DNA of 64,000 nucleotides from Lama guanicoe. Taxonomy: Eukaryota. Where the stretch lies: assembly GCA_013239625.1 (NCBI GenBank), contig MU055744.1:526355-590354 (forward strand), written 5' to 3'. Below, piece after piece: positions 36,108-48,560 of this stretch; position 1 is the stretch's first letter; every line of letters starts with the position of its first letter. The notes beneath the pieces were generated by a model. It was given only the letters and a program-made list of their open reading frames with translations, ran no database searches and was not told the DNA's origin. Both the position numbers and the translations under genes were made by a program.

Positions 36108-39100
36108 GTGCCGGCCGAGCCGCGCAGGGCGAGTCTCGTGGGCGGTGGTCCGCACCTGTCCACAAGCGAGGCTGGGGCTCAGGCCTGCCAGGTGCGTCCG
36201 GAGGGACCCCCGGAAGCCGCGAAGGGCAACGCTGGGAGCGCGCAGAGGAGGGCCGAGGAGGGGCCAGGCAGCACTCCCTGCGTCCCTGGACCTCGACTCC
36301 CTGGTCTGCACAACGGGATGGCTAGGGTGCCCAGCGAGCCCCTGTGAGGCTCGGTGAGCCATCCGCGTGAGGACGGAGCCGTCTTCCCTCCCAGCAGCGG
36401 CGAGGGGGACGCGGGGCACCTCTGCCGGGAGGCTGGGAGGCCGCCGCGCGGCAGCAGCGCGAGCAGGTGTGGGGGGGGCGGCCACCGTGGGGACAGCGCC
36501 TCGTGTTCCTGCCAAAGCCACCGAAGGACCCGGTTCCCACGTCGCCTGTCCCTTTTTTTAATTTGCAAGGATCTTGCTCCCTCTTGGCCAGATTTCTCCC
36601 CAAGAAATGGTTCCTGCCACCCTCGTCTTCAGCGTTACTTCGCTCAGCAAACACAGCCTGCCTGCTGCGTGCTGGGCCCGCCCAGGCGGCCGGAGGGCTG
36701 CTCCGGGCAGGCTGACTTGCCATCACCCTCTGGGCCCCGAGAGGCCTGCTCCCGCCTGTGGACGTCTGTGCCTGCCGTCGGGGCTGTGGGTCCTGCCCTC
36801 CCCCCGCGAACCGCGACGGCCCTTCTGCGGCCAGTTTCCAAAGCACCGTTACCTTCATGGTCCTTCTAAGAGTCCCGGGGGATGCCCCGCGCCCTCATCC
36901 ATAAACATCCGTACAAGGGGACGAGTGGCTTGTGCTCAGCCGGCTCCCGGGCCGTGGGGGATGAGGAACAGCAGGAAAGAGGCTGCCCCCCGACATGGAG
37001 GGGCTGCGGGCCCTGCTCGGCGAGAGAATCTCCCCCGATGGAGATGACCCTGCCCGCAGGCTGGTGGGAGAGGCCGACCTGCCCAGACTTACAGCTGCGA
37101 TCCCGTCCCCACAAGTGGCAAGACACTGTACGTGGTTGGGGGGAGCCACCTGGAGGCCTGACCCTGCCGGGCAGGGCAGGAATGGCTCCCACTGGGACAG
37201 GAAGTGTCCCTTGAGCGGGTGGTGGGAAGAGCGGCTTCTTGAGGTGGGGGCGGAACCTGCCTGGGAGCCGGGGGACAGTGCACCCCGCAGCCTATGGGCC
37301 TGCCTGGGAGGGACGCCCGAGGTGGGGTGGGGACAGGACGCCCGCATCTGTCTGTGCTCCCCGCACACGCTGACCGCTGTGAATGGGTCTGCTCGTCCCA
37401 GAGACAGAGAATTCCTTCTGTTGCCGACTGGCCGAGGCATTGGTTGTCTCTGAGCTGGGGGTCCATTCCTGGCAGGAGCACTTTGCAGAAGGGAATCAGG
37501 GAACCAGCACCACGTCTTCTAGAAGCTTCTGGCAGAGAAGTTCAAGGTGGTGAGAGCTGGGCCCGGCTCCCTGCATGGAGAGGCAAACTGGCTCCAGGGG
37601 CCACACCAAGGGTGACGGGCACAGGGCTTTGGAGCAAAGGCACCGCGAAGTAGGGGAGCAGGGCGCGGCACACAGGGCCCCGGGGCGTGCCTGCCTGCAC
37701 CCTGGGGTCTGGGGCCGCGGCTGGGTCCGCGTCCTGTCCCTGGAGGGTCCTGGGGGAAGTCGGACCGGGTGAGGGTGCTCACCTGCAGGGGTCGGACTTG
37801 GCAGAGGCAGTGCACACGCTGCCCACGTGCAGGGTCACACACGTGTGCGCACGCACTCACACACGCACAGGCCCCCCGGCGGGAGCAGGGTGAGGCCGAG
37901 GGTTTCCTAAAGATCTGAGGTCGGAAGCAGTGGAGCCAAGTCTGGGGGAGTCTGGGGGTGCAGCAGCCTCAGGGCCCAGGGCCCCCCACCCTCCCCAGAT
38001 CAGGTGGGCGGCAGGAGCCCAGGCCCCGGGCAGGGAGGGGAGAATGGGCTCCAGGACCAGCCCCCGCCCCGCTCGGAGCCGTGCAGCCTGGGTGGCCCTC
38101 TTGGGGCTGAAGCCAGCGCTGGCTTGTGTCCGCACATCCTTGGGAGCCCAGGGGTGTGCATGAGGGGGAGGGGCCCCCAGGGGCTCAGAGCCCACGCCGC
38201 GTTGTCCAGCCCCTCACTTTGGGGGATTTAGGCCATTTCTACCTTTCTCATTGCAGCGTGGACGCCTTGAGGGGCTGCCACGTGCCAGGCGGCGGGCATG
38301 TCCACTGTCACCTGCTGGGCCGGAGGCAGGCCGCGGGGCTGGCACTGAGCGTCTCCCCCAGGTCCCTTTCTGCGGGAGAAGGGCGCCCAGGCAGGGAATT
38401 CTCTTTTCCCCTCCTGAGACGGTCCCCAGAGGGCGGGCGGTGGCCTGGAAGAGGGGCTGCGGGCCTGTGTCACCCGCACTCCCCCCGGCCGGGCCTGGGA
38501 CCTGGCTTCCCGCCCTCCCGCCACCCCCGCGGCCGAGCAGCTCCCTGCTCCGGAGAGCTGCGGAGGCCACCGAGACGGCCCACCTGCATATTCATGAGGA
38601 CAGTGTGGTTCGTTCTGGTTGTCATATTTCATACTTGTTTGCAGCATAAAGTCGGCTGCAGACTGCAGGGCACCGTGTGGAGAAGCGGGAGCAATGAGGG
38701 CATCTGGGGGCATCTTCCAAACGCAGCAGGAAGTTTCTGCTCCGGCAAGGGCATGGGCGCTCGGCGTGGGGAGCACGACGCAGCTCGGCACGGTGGGCCG
38801 CCCCCCAGAGCCCACCCCGTCCGCCTCTCCACTCCCCCTGCCTGTATTAAGTGACTGTCTCAGAGGACGCGCCTCCCACCACGTCCAGCCTTGAGCTCAG
38901 CCCCGGGAGCAGAGGTGGCCGTCTCCTGGGAGAGGGGCCAGGGGTCAGGAGGAGGGCTCACTGGGGGCGGGCACAACGGTCGCATTTCCCGGGTGAAGCT
39001 GATGGGTGCCAACGTGCAGGGGGCAGTCCCGGGGAGGAGGGAGCAGGACGGCTGCAGGGCGCGTTGGGTCTGGGGGTGTGGGCACTGAGAAGTCGGGTGG

Positions 39101-39428
39101 GGGCAGTCCCAGGCAGAGAGATCGAGTTCCCGCAGGAAAGGCATCCGTGGGCAAAGACAGCCTCCCACCTCCGGGCTGACGTGTGGGACTTGCCTGCAGA
39201 ACCTTCTGGAGACAACGTTTGTGCCCAAATGTGGTTTAACGGCACTGCAGTGGGGGCAGTGCTCAGAGATTTGGGTCTTTGAAGACCATGTGACGCTTTT
39301 CCAAGCAAAGCCCATCCCACCTCTGAGTCCTATGTGTCGTGGGCCAAGCAGCCCCTGTGACCTTTTCCCAGAGACACACGTGGGAAACGGCTTGTTTCGG
39401 CTGCCTCGGGAGCTGCGGCACAGAAGAC

Positions 39429-39737
39429 GGAGGAGGGAGGAGGGAGGATGGGGGAGGATGGGGGAGGAAGGGGAGGGAGGAGGGAGGATGGAGGAGGGAG
39501 GACAGGGGAGGGAGGAAGGAGGATGGAAGAGCGAGGAGAGAGGGAGGAGGAGGGAGGAGGGAGGATGGAGGAGCAGGGAGGGAGGACCGCGGAAGGAGAA
39601 TGGAGGAGCGAGGAGGGAGGAGGGAGGAGGGAGGATGGAGGAGGGAGGACAGGGGAGGGAGGAGGGAGGAGCGAGGGGGAGGAATGAGGAGGGAGGATAG
39701 AGGAAGAGGACGGAGGAGGGAGGATGGAGAAGGGAGG
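39429..39737. repeat. Polypurine minisatellite built on a GGAGGAN heptamer
   Basis: ~310 nt almost entirely G/A on the + strand, with repeats of GGAGGAG/GGAGGAT/GGAGGAC. Confidence 0.93.
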
Positions 39738-40299
39738 CTCTTTATGGCCACGTGGCAGGTGACCGAAGGACTGGGGCACTGTGACTGGCCAGAGAAGGAC
39801 ACATGGGCCCAGCCCAGACACCCACCAGGAAGCCCATGAGCTCCTGAGGTCCTCATGGAGTCATCCAAATCAGGGCTGCTGGCAGATCGGCACCTGGACC
39901 CCAGGACGGGGACCAGAGCTTGGCCAAGACCACTTTGGACCGCAGGTGCTGCCCCAGGGCTCAGTGGGCCGGAACCCAGCTTCCCCTGGGGTTTCGGTGC
40001 TGCCAAATCTTCTCTGGGTCTTACCTGAGGAGCCAGCTAACTCAGGCGTGCCGAGAGCCATCGCATCACGTGACACAGAGGCGACCCCCCCCCCCGAGGC
40101 CTCACCGTCCCAAGGAAGTGGGCCTGACGGAGGACACGGGAGGCGACACGAACCCCAGGCCAGCCAGGCCAGGTGAGGGCCGGCCCTGCGAGGACGCGGG
40201 GTGCCCGGCCTGGGCCCAGGGCCACCGTCTCCATCAGCGGTCCATGTCTGTTAGACGGGAGAGACCACGACCCAGGCCCCAGCAGGCTTCTCCCTCCGG

Positions 40300-40720
40300 G
40301 CAGTGTGCTGGCTGCGCCTACAAAGAACCGCAAGCCGGGGGGCCGACAACAGCAGAAATGAGTCCTCTCCCAGGTCTGGGGGCTGGAGTCCAAAACCAAG
40401 GTGTCCCAGGGCCCTGCTCCCTCTGGAGTCTCCAGGGGAGGGTCCTGCCTGCCCCTTCCGGCTCCTCGTGGCCCCAGGAGTCTCTGGGCTTGTGGCCGCG
40501 TCGCCCCAGTCCCTGCCTCCACCTTCATGTGGCTTCTCTTCTGTGTCCGACGTCCCCCTGCCCTCCTTTGATGAGGACCTTCGCCGTAAGGCCGGGCCCA
40601 CCCGGACCGCCCAGGGCTCCAACCCCCTGCACACCCTCAGTCACACACGCACAGACCCTGATCCCATGGGGCCTAACGTGCACAGGCTCCAGGCACTGGA
40701 GCCTGACCGCTTTGGGGCCA
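40300..40720 (-). mobile_element. MaLR LTR (MLT1C-like)
   Basis: CAACAGCAGAAATGAGTCCTCTCCCAGGTCTGGGGGCTGGAGTCCAAAACCAAGGTGTC...CTCCAGGGGAGGGTCCTGCCTGCCCCTTCCGGCT...CTTGTGGCCGCGTCGCCCCAGTCCCTGCCTCCACCTTCATGTGGC. Confidence 0.82.
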
Positions 40721-43289
40721 CAGGCAGACCGAGCAGAGCCGGGCACAGCCCCACAGGTGTGAAAGCGCAGGGCCCAGCGCTAGCGGCTTCGCAGACTCCC
40801 AGCGTACAATCTTCTGCAGCCGTTTTTCAGTTTAATTGGTCTGAAATGGGCTTGGCTGGGAGGGACATCCCGGGTAATAAATCGGTTTAATAACACCTCC
40901 AGCGCACAGAGCATCGCGGGCTCAGAGCCGGCCCACACCCGCACTTACGCTGTCTCCTCAGCTCTGCAGGCCCCCGGGGTGGGGGGCTGGGCACGGCTCC
41001 ATCCCACCTGACATCCGAGACCCCGAGCACGGTGGTTAGCGCCAGCGGGCGAGGCTTCACAGGTCCCGTGAGCGGCAGTCTCCCCGGGACCGGCCGCCTG
41101 CCCCAAGGCCAGGGCGCTTCCCGCGAATCCGCCTTCCTCCCTGTGTGTGTGGTTTAGACTTTGTGTGTGGTTTAGACTCTGGCTTCTGGTGGAGAACTCC
41201 TGGGCCTCTGTGACGGTGACGCTGCTTGTCAACGCAGTGCCCTAGCTGAGGGGCCGCCCCCCGAGCTCTGGGCCGGGAGTCCAGCTCATGAGCCCGCCCG
41301 TGAACGCCCGTCTCCCACCCAGACCACAGGTGGCTCGGGACCTGAAGCTACAAGGCCCTCGGCAAACGCCCTCTTGAGCGTCCTTCTTAGAGGAGCAGAG
41401 GGCGCCGGCCGGTGGCGCTGGCGTCCCAGCCCGCGGAGGCCCCCTGCTCAGGCCCCGCGTCCAGGTGGGGCGGGGGGTGGGCACCTCTGGTCAGAGATGC
41501 TGGGCTCTGCCCCAGCCCCGGCAGGTGGGCGCTGCCCGCGGGTCCTCATGTGCCCAGACAGCCCGCATTGGCCGAGGGGCATGCCTGTCCCCGGCTGGCC
41601 TCAGGCAGCGGAGAGGCCGCAGGGGTCTGACGGGGGTCGCGGCTGCTGAGCGCTCGCTCCGAGGGCCTGTGGTTTCGTCACTAGGGGCTGGACGGGCCTC
41701 CCCAGGAGAGGGTCTGAAGCACCTCCACCCCATCTTCTGCCCCCGAGAGGGCAGCCTGGCCCCAGGGGAGGGGGCTGGGCAGAGAGACCAGGCAGCCCCG
41801 GGCCCCGGCCCGCCCTCACTCACTGCGGGGCGGCAGTGACACCAGGCCTGGGCCCAGGGCCCTCTGGGCCATGTAAGTTTCCGCGGCTCAGGGAGAGGCT
41901 GCAGGTGGGTCTGGAAATGCTTTCTGGGCGATGCATTTAGCAGGTGGGACCCTTTGGCCAATCTCTTCGGTGGCCTCAAGTGTTCATCTGATGGCGACTC
42001 AGCAAATTGAAGGGCCTGGCCCAGAGCCAGCTGTAAGCCCTGGTACAGAGCGGGGCTCCGTCGGCGCTGATGGCGGTGGTGGCCCTGCCGCTGGCCGAGT
42101 CTTGTCCTGGTAAGTGCGGGGCTGCTGAGGGGTGGGAAACACGTGTAGCTGTTTTTAAGTCACCTGTCACCAGATCGCGCCACGTCACTAGCGTCCCGCC
42201 GGAGCGAGGCACTTGGCTGGGGCCCGGGCTCTGCCACCAGTAAGGACGCACTCCAGGAAGCAGCTTCTCTCCCCGGACCCCCGTTGCCTCGTGTTGGCTC
42301 AGCCGCCCAGAGGAGGCGGAGGGAGCCTGCTGCTGGCCGTCCTTGTCCTCAGTCCCTGGTGGTCAGTCGGGGAGCTCCAGGGTCAGCCTGCCCCGTGAAC
42401 CCGGCTGTGAGGCCGTCAGCGGTGGGACATCACAGAGCCATCCCACGCCAGGGCGGGGCCAGGCCCCACCCAGCCCAGGGGCCTTTCCTGGGTGGAGTTT
42501 CTGCAAACGCGCAGGAAGGATGTCGCTGTCAGCAGAGCAGCCTGCTCCCTCCCCTAATGGATGCTTTTTAGAGAAGCCGCTTTCATGGAGGTCAGGCAGC
42601 CCTTCCTGAAAGCTCTCTCTTCCCTTTAACTGCGGATCACTTGTGCTGCTGGGCCTCGGAGGCCCCAGGGGCCAGGACGAGGAGGCAGCTCCACTGCTGC
42701 GGCCACACCTGCTGCCCGACTGGAGGGCCCCGTAGCTCGCCGTGCACCCTGCCTGGCCTCCCGGCTCCGAGCACCATCAGCCTTGCAGGGTCCGGAGTCC
42801 ACCTCTGGCCCTGGGAGGCCGAGGTGGGTGGGTCCCAGCGCCTGCTCCCGTGGTCACAGACACCTGCATCCCCACCGACACCTGTAGGCAGGCTCGGGGC
42901 CTCGCTTGGCCCGCATCTCGGACTCCTTTACTCTGTAGGGTCTGTGGGGAGCAGGACCAGTCACCCCGCCCTGAGCCACAGCCCCCAGCAGGTGTCGAGC
43001 CGAATTGCCTGCAGCCCGTGACCCGACTGCCCTTGGCTGTGCCGGCCACGGGCTGGGGCGGGACCCGCTCTAGCTGACTGCGCGGTGAGGCTGGTGTGAT
43101 CGCACCCACGCTCAGGGTGGAGGTCACGTCCGCAGCCCCCCCGGGCCCCAGCTTCCCGCTTCCCTGGAGTCTGACTGGGGTTCAGCGGGATGGAGCACCT
43201 GAGACACGAGCCGGATACAGAGCCCAGGGCGAAAACCCAGTGAGCAGCAGCCAGTGTGAGCCGCCCTCCTGAGTGTCCCGTGGGTGGTG

Positions 43290-43325
43290 ACTTATTATTG
43301 TTATTAATTATTATTATTGTTACTA
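43290..43325. repeat. (TTA)n-type low-complexity tract
   Basis: TTATTATTGTTATTAATTATTATTATTGTTACTAC. Confidence 0.75.
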
Positions 43326-43714
43326 CGGCCATTGTTGCTGTGGCTGTGATCACTGGCCCGTCCGGTCAAGGAAGGAGCCGCTTCCCGGCGCCTGGAGAGC
43401 AGGACGCGTCCACCGTGTGGCGCTCCGGCAGCCTCGGCGGGGCCCCCGGGCGGCTGGATTTAGCAGATAAGCCCTGTTCATTTCTACGCCTGCTACACGT
43501 GAATTTTAGACGCAGCACCAATATGATCACATGGATGTGTTCACACTGGCATTTTTTGTTTATCTGAAATCTCGCGTTTTCCAGGACGACGACCCCATTC
43601 GGAGGACACAGCTGTGAGCAGAGCGTCCCGCGTGCTGGGTGCGCTGGTGGGCGTGCTGCGAGGGCGTCCAGCCTGCCTGTCCTCAAACAGCTGGACTGGG
43701 ACGTGTCCCGCCCC

Positions 43715-44740
43715 GCACCGCGCACCCACGTGAAGGGTACAACTCGTGGGCTGTACCCCGGAGACTGACGCATTGCAACTGACTGTACTTCAATTAAAAA
43801 AATAAAGTGTGCAGTTCGATGGTGTGTAGTGTACTTGCAGATGAACACAGCCACCACCAGAGTCCCGTGCTGGGGATATTTTTATCACCTCAAGGAGGAC
43901 CCGCTCCCGCTGCTGGCGCGCTCCCCGTGGCCCGCGGTCCCGGGCAGCCGTCAGTCTGCTCCACGTCCCCGGAGATTTCCGTCTCCTACTCACCTCGTCT
44001 GGGGCCTAGAACACCACGTGGGCTTCTGTGTCGGCTCCCCTCCCTTCCCAAGCGTCCGAGGTTCCTCCACGCCGCAGTGGGTCCCAGGGCCTCACTGCTT
44101 CTCATGCTGAATAGAACCCCTTGTGCGGCTGGACCACGCCTGCGTGTCCGCGCATCACTGGTGACGCACGGCCGTCTCCTCCACGGGCTCCTCTGAGCCT
44201 CCCCGGAGCCCGGTCTGCTGCCTGCCGGGTAGACCAAGCCAGGTGCCACTAAGAACTCTGCTAACAGCCGGTGTTTCGAGAACCCCCACAGCGAGGGCCC
44301 CTGACCCAGCTCCTCGGCCCCCACCCTTGGTGCCAGTGTCCTTGGCTGGCGTTAGCAGGCCTCCTGCTGGGCCAGAGTCCCCCACTTGCTACCCAGTCAG
44401 GTTCCTCTTGTGACCTCTGTCCACTGACAGGCCCTCCTTGGCTGTCAGTCCCCGGCCGCCTCGCTGTGTTTGGAGTTGAGCTCGTTTCCACGCCGGAGTC
44501 GCTCTCACCTACCGCGGCGACTTGGAGACAGCCTGCGCAGCTGTTTTTAACCCGGGCCTGGTGCAAGGGCTTACTTTTCCAGCAGGCACCTGGCTGCTCC
44601 CACCGTTAGGCGCTGAGCCCACCTGCTGCTCTCCGCGCTCGTAGGCGGGATTCTGTGTGGACGTGTGTTTCTGTTTGTCTTGGGTGGACGTGGGAGTGCG
44701 ATTTCTAGGTCACACGGCTGAAATTTGCATTTTGCAGGAC
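43715..44740 (-). mobile_element. L1MB-like 3' end (antisense, GC-substituted), fragmented, with a small young L1 tail inserted
   Basis: AAGTGTGCAGTTCGATGGTGTGTAGTGTACTTGCAGA...ATATTTTTATCACCTCAAGGAGGACCC...CTTCTCATGCTGAATAGAACCCCTTGTGCGGCTGGACCAC, resuming ~44630 (TGTGTGGACGTGTGTTTCTGTTTGTCTTGGGTGGA). Confidence 0.72.
43750..43804 (+). mobile_element. 55-bp young L1 3' terminus (camelid-type) with A-tail
   Basis: GCTGTACCCCGGAGACTGACGCATTGCAACTGACTGTACTTCAATTAAAAAAATA is homologous to the reverse complement of the 3' end at 24425-24478, and is flanked by a diverged ~17-18 bp duplication. Confidence 0.75.
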
Positions 44741-44914
44741 ACCTGGTGTTCATCTGGCACCGCCAGGCCCCTCCGCTGAGACGTCTCCGGCCGCGCTGAG
44801 CAGACACAGCGGTGCGGGGACCCCCGCCTGGTCGGGAAGAGGGCTGTGTCTTCTGTCGCCAGGGGGGTGCTAGTCACCGACCCCCGGGAAGGGACCGCCG
44901 TCAAACTGCCCAGA

Positions 44915-45328
44915 GAGACCGACGCTGTGACAGTGAACACAAGCTGGGGCTTAAAACAGCAAAACCTACCCTCTCGCGTCCTGGAGGCCTGAAGGCCAGG
45001 TGTCGGTCAGGCCGGTGCCCCTGGAGGCTCGAGGGAGGTCTGGCCCCTGCCTTTCCCAGCTTCTGGCTGGTGGACGCAGCTCCCAATGCACGCCTTCGCC
45101 GTCACGTGGCCAGCTTCCCTCTGCGTATCTGTCATCTTCCCAAGACCTCCTCTTATGAGGACACCCGTCACCTTGGATTAGGGCCCGCCGGCTCCGGAGT
45201 CACAGCTCCAGAGTGACCTCATTTTAACTGATTACATCTGCCATGACCCCATTTCCAAATGAGATCTGCTCTGAGGTGCGGGGGTCAGGACACCAGCACG
45301 TGAACTTGGAGGGGGTCAACCCTACACG
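44915..45328 (-). mobile_element. MaLR LTR (MLT1B-like)
   Basis: GGCTTAAAACAGCAAAA...CTCTTATGAGGACACCCGTCACCTTGGATTAGGGCCC...TGACCTCATTTTAACTGATTACATCTGCCATGACCCCATTTCCAAATGAG. Confidence 0.85.
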
Positions 45329-47892
45329 GCGCTGGTGGGAACCAGGTTGGAGTCCCCTGCCTGCTGGAGCCTCCCCGGCAGTTTGTCAGAGATAATTCAT
45401 CTCTTGTCTTCTCTCCACCTGGCAGCTCAGCAAGGGCTGATTTGAATTCCCTTTGTTCAAGGCTCAGTTCTCTGGTTCTTGTTCGCCTTCAGGTGGGGTG
45501 GGGAGTGTGGCCGTGGGGGGCCTGTCCTTGTTCCCTGGTTGGGCATCTTGACCCCTCAGCCTCCCGGAACCCACCCAGTTCCACTGCACGGACCCTGTCC
45601 CTGCATGAGCCCTCCCGGCCTGACACAGCCAGTCACGGCCACGAGGCCCAGTCCCAGTGCTCAGCGGAGGGTATTTTCAGCGTCAAGAAAAATATCTCTG
45701 TGAAAAGGAATTTTTAAGATCCCCAAGAAAAATAATAATTGCATACCGCATCTGTTATTAAGTCTATTTTTGGAGAATTTTTCTGGTGCTGTTCAGCCCA
45801 CCTTAACTATCGGTTATAGAAAGTGACACATCCGTGCACCTGCAGAGCTGACGCCCTAGCGAGACTCGGGTTCGATTCATCTATTCAGGGCAAGCGGGTC
45901 TCCAATGTCAGGCGCACTAGCCATCACCTCCATCTCAGCAGAGGAGGACCATTAGGTCCCGGAAGCAAAGAGTGGAGTGAACCCCACGCTGTGGCAGGCA
46001 TCTGCCGTCACGCTAAGTGCTGAGGACAGCCGAGGGCGAGCGCGGCTGTCAGGCTGGGATGGGGCATCGTGGGGACTGACCCCGGCAGTGGCCTGCATCC
46101 TGAGCTTGCATGGCCTGGAGGGAGGGTCACCTTGGTGGGTGAGACCGTGGCCAAGGGGAGGCCCAGGGCCTCGCCAGGAGACACACGGCACATACCGTTC
46201 CTCAGCGAGCCTGGGGGGGAAGGGCTGGGCTGTCTGTGCGGCTGTGGGTCATGTGCGGTTGTGCCTCGGCGGCCCACCTACGCCCCCTCCCTGGCTTCGC
46301 GCTGGAACTCCCTGGGGCTCTGAGCTCGGAGAGGCTCAGAGCCCCAGGTGGCGCCAGCACGCCCAGGCTGAAAGTCCGCGTGGGGAGCAGGGCGGCGTCC
46401 GCCGCTCTCAGGATGTCCCGCCGGCGTCCCAGACCCACCGAATCCAGAATATTCCCCCTGAGTGCTGCCCGCCTCAGACGCCTGCAACCCCGGGCGTGGG
46501 TCCCTCCCGCAGGGTCCCCAGGACAGAAGTCAGGGTTCCATTTCTCACTCCCGCCCTCTGCGCCCCCAGCACCCGCACAGGCCGGAGCCCGCCTCTCCGC
46601 TCTGTGAGCTTCCTCCAGGCCCCCCACGCGCTGGGCCCGCTGCTGCCCTGACCCCCTACACCCCATTCCCACCACTGCCCCCACCCGGACGGTTCTCAGG
46701 ACTCAACTGAGAAGCCAGCTCCTGGGGAAAGCCCGCCAGGGGCAGGTGTTTCCCAGCGCCTAGCTCGGGAGGGGCAATAGCAGAGCCCCCTGGATGGACA
46801 AGAGATGGGTGGCATCTGGCAGAGCTTTGATGCCAGAATCTAGAGGCCGCCCCGGGGTTGCGGGGTCGCGGGGTCGCGAGGTCTCAGGTGCGGTGAGCCA
46901 CAGGGGAGGCTCGGGCAGGAGGGTTATTCTGTCCTCTGCTCCTGCTGGGACAGCCTCACCGCGTCCCTCCTACGGGCCCCGCCCATGTCCTTAGGCAGCC
47001 TTCTCTGCTAAACTTAGGCTGCTTTCCCACACAGCCCGCCTTCCCGCTGGAACTCTCTGCGGGGGTGGGGAGGTGTGTGTGCACCGGTGTCTCCAGACCC
47101 TTCATTGCTGGTTTCCCAGGACGGATGACAATTCACAAACACAAATTTGCAGTGGCTTCTGCTTTGTAGTTAATCACTTTCTCTGTCATCTCAAAGCAGA
47201 GCTGGGGCTGCAGGGAAAGGGGCCTGGAGTTGTCCTCAAAAGACCCAAAGGGAGGGCCTGACAGTGACAGGGACCTTGAAACAGGGCAGCGCAGGACGCG
47301 GCGGGCTGGAGCGCAGCGTTCTCTGCCCACGGGGAGCAGAGGGAGGCCGGCCCCGCCCGGCACTGGCCTCCGGGGCCCCGCCCGTGCTGTCTGGGCCCGG
47401 GGCGTACATGGCGTAGCAGCCTCCCGAGACCTGGGGTCACCACGAGGGGCCCGACGTTCATTCCTGCCAGTAGTGCTCAGCCTCCACGTCAGAAACTCAC
47501 ACACACGTGAAGGAGAAGGGCACAGACTCTCCCGCCCAGGCAGCCTCACCAGACTGAGCAAGTGGAAACACAAGATGCAGTTGGATTTGAATCAGATAAA
47601 CAACAATTTTTAATATAAGTATGTCCCCTTAACATTTAAGATACACTTACACTAAAAAATTAAGGTTAGCTGCAAAAAAAATCAAATTTAACTGGGAGTC
47701 TTGTATTTCACCTGGCAGCCCTTCCCCCAGGCCGCCAGCACGTCCCTGGGACAGCCCCAGGGTCACCGCGGCAGAGCTTGCAGGAGAGAGAGCCCTGCCC
47801 TCTGCGGACCGACCGTTCAGTTCCACAGAGTCTACAGGCTTCCGCTGGCCTCCTGACCTACCTGCTGCTCGTCCGGTCATTTGTCCGCGAGG

Positions 47893-48062
47893 CATCCACC
47901 CATCCAACCCCCTCCCATCCACCATACACCCTTCCTTCCATCCGCCCAACCACCATCCATCCAGCCATCTATCCACCCACCTCATTTATGCACCATCCAT
48001 CTTTGCTTCCATTTGCTGACCCATCTATCCACTCATCCACCATCCATCCATCCAGCCAGCCA
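47893..48062. repeat. Degenerate (CATC)n/(TCCA)n simple repeat adjoining an antisense L2 3' end (~48060-48160)
   Basis: CATCCACCCATCCA...CCATCCATCCATCCAGCCAGCCAGC followed by AAACGTTTATT. Confidence 0.85.
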
Positions 48063-48392
48063 GCAAACGTTTATTCAGAACAGACTAGACTCTGGGCCTG
48101 GGGAAGCTTCTGGGGAAGCAGAAATGACAAGATGGAGTTGGTGTCCCCAGGGGGCGCCGTGAGCCATGGGGGAAGCGGACTCCCATCTAACTAGCCAGTG
48201 TCCTGGGACTGGCACTCTGGCGAGCCGGGAGCCCTGTGTAGAGTCCCTGAGGGTGGTCCTGGGGCTGTGTCTTAAAGGGGACGTTTGCTAAGAGGGAGGG
48301 CCGTGGGGGAGGTCCTCCGAGCAGTAGACACGAGCTGAGCGCCGGGCTCCCTTCCTGAAACGCGGACCGCCCTTGCCGCAGCGCGGGGGACC

Positions 48393-48560
48393 GAGTTCCT
48401 CCCCCTCAGCACTGCTGACGGTTTGGAACATGCTAATTCTTTGTTGAGCTGCAGCCTTGGACCCCACCAGATGCCAGCAAAGTTGTGACGACCAAAAACA
48501 CCTCCGGGCATCGCCAAATGTCTCAACTGGGGCCAAGTCGTCCCCAGCTGAGAACCCCCG
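48393..48560 (-). mobile_element. MER20 (hAT-Charlie DNA transposon relic)
   Basis: CAGCACTGCTGACGGTTTGG...TAATTCTTTGTTG...CACCAGATGCCAGC...GTTGTGACGACCAAAAACACCTCCGGGCATCGCCAAATGTC...CCCCAGCTGAGAACC. Confidence 0.85.

Noticed and set aside
36477-36500. Perfect RE1 right half-site GGACAGCGCC
   Set aside because: Left half is poor and wrongly spaced, so probably chance in GC-rich DNA.
39221-40006. Glu/Gly/Arg-rich and Pro/Ser/Leu-rich ORFs
   Set aside because: Translations of the GGAGGAN repeat.
41144-41178. 17-bp direct duplication TGTGTGTGGTTTAGACT
   Set aside because: Simple local slippage duplication with no further structure.
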